DNA of 41,624 nucleotides, taken from contig JAKQLT010000082.1 of assembly GCA_029567025.1 (NCBI GenBank), positions 1 to 41,624 on the forward strand. Direction: 5' to 3'. Numbering within the stretch: position 1 is the first letter of the stretch; each line of letters opens with the position of its first letter. This DNA is from Candidatus Omnitrophota bacterium (GTDB taxonomy: Bacteria; Omnitrophota; Gorgyraeia; Zapsychrales; Zapsychraceae). The notes under the pieces are model-generated. The model was not told the DNA's origin. It searched no databases and saw only the letters and a program-made list of their open reading frames with translations. This document shows, piece by piece, positions 40,209 through 41,624 of this stretch. The position numbers and the translations under genes were made by a program.

Positions 40209-41388
40209 TTCTTTTCATTTTGCTAAACGAACTAATTGGGAGTTATCCTCGAACCAGATCACGTCTTTTGTGGATAATTTGAAAAAAGAAAATGTAGAAA
40301 TTTTAAATTTAACAGAATCTAATCCGACGAAATGCGGATTCCGGTATCCTAAAAGAATTCTTAAAAGTCTTTATGACAAAAAGAATTTTTTTTATGCTCC
40401 CGACGCACAAGGCATGCTGGAAACCCGACAAGCCATTAGCGAATATTATAAAACAAAAAATATAAATGTAAGGCCGGAACAGATTTTTTTAACGTCAAGC
40501 ACGTCTGAGGCGTATTCTTATCTTTTTAGGTTACTCGCAAATCCTGAGGATAGAATTCTTTTTCCTCATCCGAGTTATCCTTTATTTCAGTTTTTAGGTG
40601 ATTTAAATGATGTGGGGCTTGATTTTTATGCCCTTCAATATTTAGACCAATGGGTGATTGATTTTGGTTCGTTGAAAGATTTAATAACGTCTCATACAAA
40701 AAGCATTGTTTTGGTTAATCCTAATAATCCGACGGGTTCATTTTTTAGGATGTATGAGCTAGAAGAGCTTAATGGCCTTTGCCAGAAAAATCGTTTAAGT
40801 ATTATTTGCGATGAGGTTTTTCATGATTTTTCTATTAATCCGCATGAAAACCATTTAAGCCTTATTAATAATAAAAGTGTTCTTACATTCGTCTTGGGCG
40901 GATTTTCTAAGACGCTTGGGCTTCCTCAGATGAAATTATCTTGGATTGTGATAAGCGGCCCAGATGATTTGGTCAAAGAGGCGAGCGCGCGGTTAGAAGT
41001 CATAGCGGATACGTATTTATCCGTTAATACGCCGGTTCAAAATGCTTGCCGTGTTTGGTTGAAATATAAAAAAGACCTTCAATCTCAAATCTTAAATAGG
41101 ATTCGGAATAATTTTTCTTTGTTAAAGAAGCTTTTTTCTTCTAACAGCCCTTGTCAATTATTGAATATGGAAGGTGGCTGGTATGGGGTCTTAAAACTTC
41201 CTTTGCATTATAGTGAAGAACAGATTGTTTTAGATTGTTTAAAAGAAGACCATGTTTTTGTCCATCCAGGATATTTTTTTGATTTTCTTGATGAACCGTA
41301 TATTGTTTTAAGCCTTTTACCTCAAGAGGCTATTTTTGAAAAAGGTTTAACCCGCATTTTAAATAGGGTCTCAATAAATAAACCTTAA
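40201..41388 (+). CDS. Class I/II PLP-dependent aminotransferase
   Basis: Family blocks include FAKRTNWELSSN, LTESNPT, VLVNPNNPTG and the PLP-lysine block GFSKTLGLPQMKLSW. Confidence 0.85.
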   Translation: MPNSFHFAKRTNWELSSNQITSFVDNLKKENVEILNLTESNPTKCGFRYPKRILKSLYDKKNFFYAPDAQGMLETRQAISEYYKTKNINVRPEQIFLTSSTSEAYSYLFRLLANPEDRILFPHPSYPLFQFLGDLNDVGLDFYALQYLDQWVIDFGSLKDLITSHTKSIVLVNPNNPTGSFFRMYELEELNGLCQKNRLSIICDEVFHDFSINPHENHLSLINNKSVLTFVLGGFSKTLGLPQMKLSWIVISGPDDLVKEASARLEVIADTYLSVNTPVQNACRVWLKYKKDLQSQILNRIRNNFSLLKKLFSSNSPCQLLNMEGGWYGVLKLPLHYSEEQIVLDCLKEDHVFVHPGYFFDFLDEPYIVLSLLPQEAIFEKGLTRILNRVSINKP

Positions 41389-41397
41389 AAAACTTCA

Positions 41398-41425
41398 GTT
41401 GCAAACAAAGGTTAATTTGGTAATA
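41398..41425 (+). promoter_or_regulatory. Candidate promoter with extended -10 (TTGCAA-16 nt-TAATAT, TGG upstream)
   Basis: TTGCAA lies at 41398-41403 and TGGTAATAT at 41417-41425, upstream of the deaminase gene. Confidence 0.4.
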
Positions 41426-41471
41426 TAAATTAATATTAAATATTATTATTAATTTATAAAGGAGATAATTT

Positions 41472-41624
41472 ATGGCTAAACGTCCAGATTGGGATCAATA
41501 TTTTATGAAATTAGCTATGCTGGCATCCGAACGAGCGACATGCCCGCGCATGCATTGCGGATGCGTCTTGGTGAAACATAAAAGTGTTATTGCGACTGGG
41601 TACAATGGTTCGATTCCCGGAGAT
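41472..41624 (+). CDS. dCMP deaminase (ComEB-like), N-terminal part (3' end outside window)
   Basis: A GGAG site lies 7 nt upstream. MAKRPDWDQYFMKLAMLASERATCPR...GCVLVK...IATGYNG is the typical deoxycytidylate deaminase N terminus. The ORF runs off the window end. Confidence 0.85.
   Translation, partial: MAKRPDWDQYFMKLAMLASERATCPRMHCGCVLVKHKSVIATGYNGSIPGD

Noticed and set aside
40179-41388. Treating the coiled-coil protein and the aminotransferase as one gene broken by a homopolymer error.
   Set aside because: The aminotransferase has a full family-typical N terminus starting at its own ATG, and the two proteins are unrelated in type. The fusion is kept only as a slippage possibility in the findings.
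1-41624. A search for tRNA, rRNA, tmRNA, IS elements, integrases and prophage genes.
   Set aside because: Intergenic gaps are short (281 nt at most). None shows a cloverleaf-like or rRNA-like sequence, and no ORF has transposase or integrase motifs.

Overview
This is an AT-rich, gene-dense 41.6 kb window. About 43 protein genes are present and all but two are on the + strand. I found no rRNA, tRNA, CRISPR array, transposase or integrase. The content looks like the chromosome of an uncultivated diderm bacterium: an Mla lipid-transport operon, LPS-type amino-sugar genes and a candidate-phylum-style giant protein. That taxonomic impression comes from memory and is not verified.

Housekeeping genes:
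- phoU (5'-truncated), a csp plus DEAD-box helicase cold-shock pair, carB, trxA, panD, def, lipA
- mlaE, mlaF, mlaD, yggT, ybaB, greA, rlmB
- an M48 peptidase, a class I/II aminotransferase and a partial dCMP deaminase

Two envelope-glycan loci are interleaved with these, at 13.3-20.4 kb and 28.2-34.3 kb.

Most notable items:
1. A 1353-aa protein has a Sec-type signal peptide and an apparently intact receiver (REC) domain. The REC domain sits between 2+2 helical repeat modules of roughly 180 aa.
2. A leader-controlled DUF1846-carB-purF-like operon has no carA, and the PurF-like glutaminase catalytic residues are replaced (Cys1 to Ser and others). The acetamidino-sugar locus also lacks its HisH-type glutaminase partner, so missing glutaminases recur across the window.
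3. A yefM-yoeB toxin-antitoxin pair and a low-GC NucS/DUF91-like nuclease with an unknown C-terminal domain are wedged between a WbpB-like dehydrogenase and its WbpD-like acetyltransferase.
4. A phosphorelay (soluble PAS3 hybrid kinase plus Hpt) has no terminal response regulator nearby.
5. There is a cluster of REP-like hairpins, a C9 tract at a gene junction, and several palindromic operator candidates.

All functional calls come from motif recognition by eye. No database search was run.
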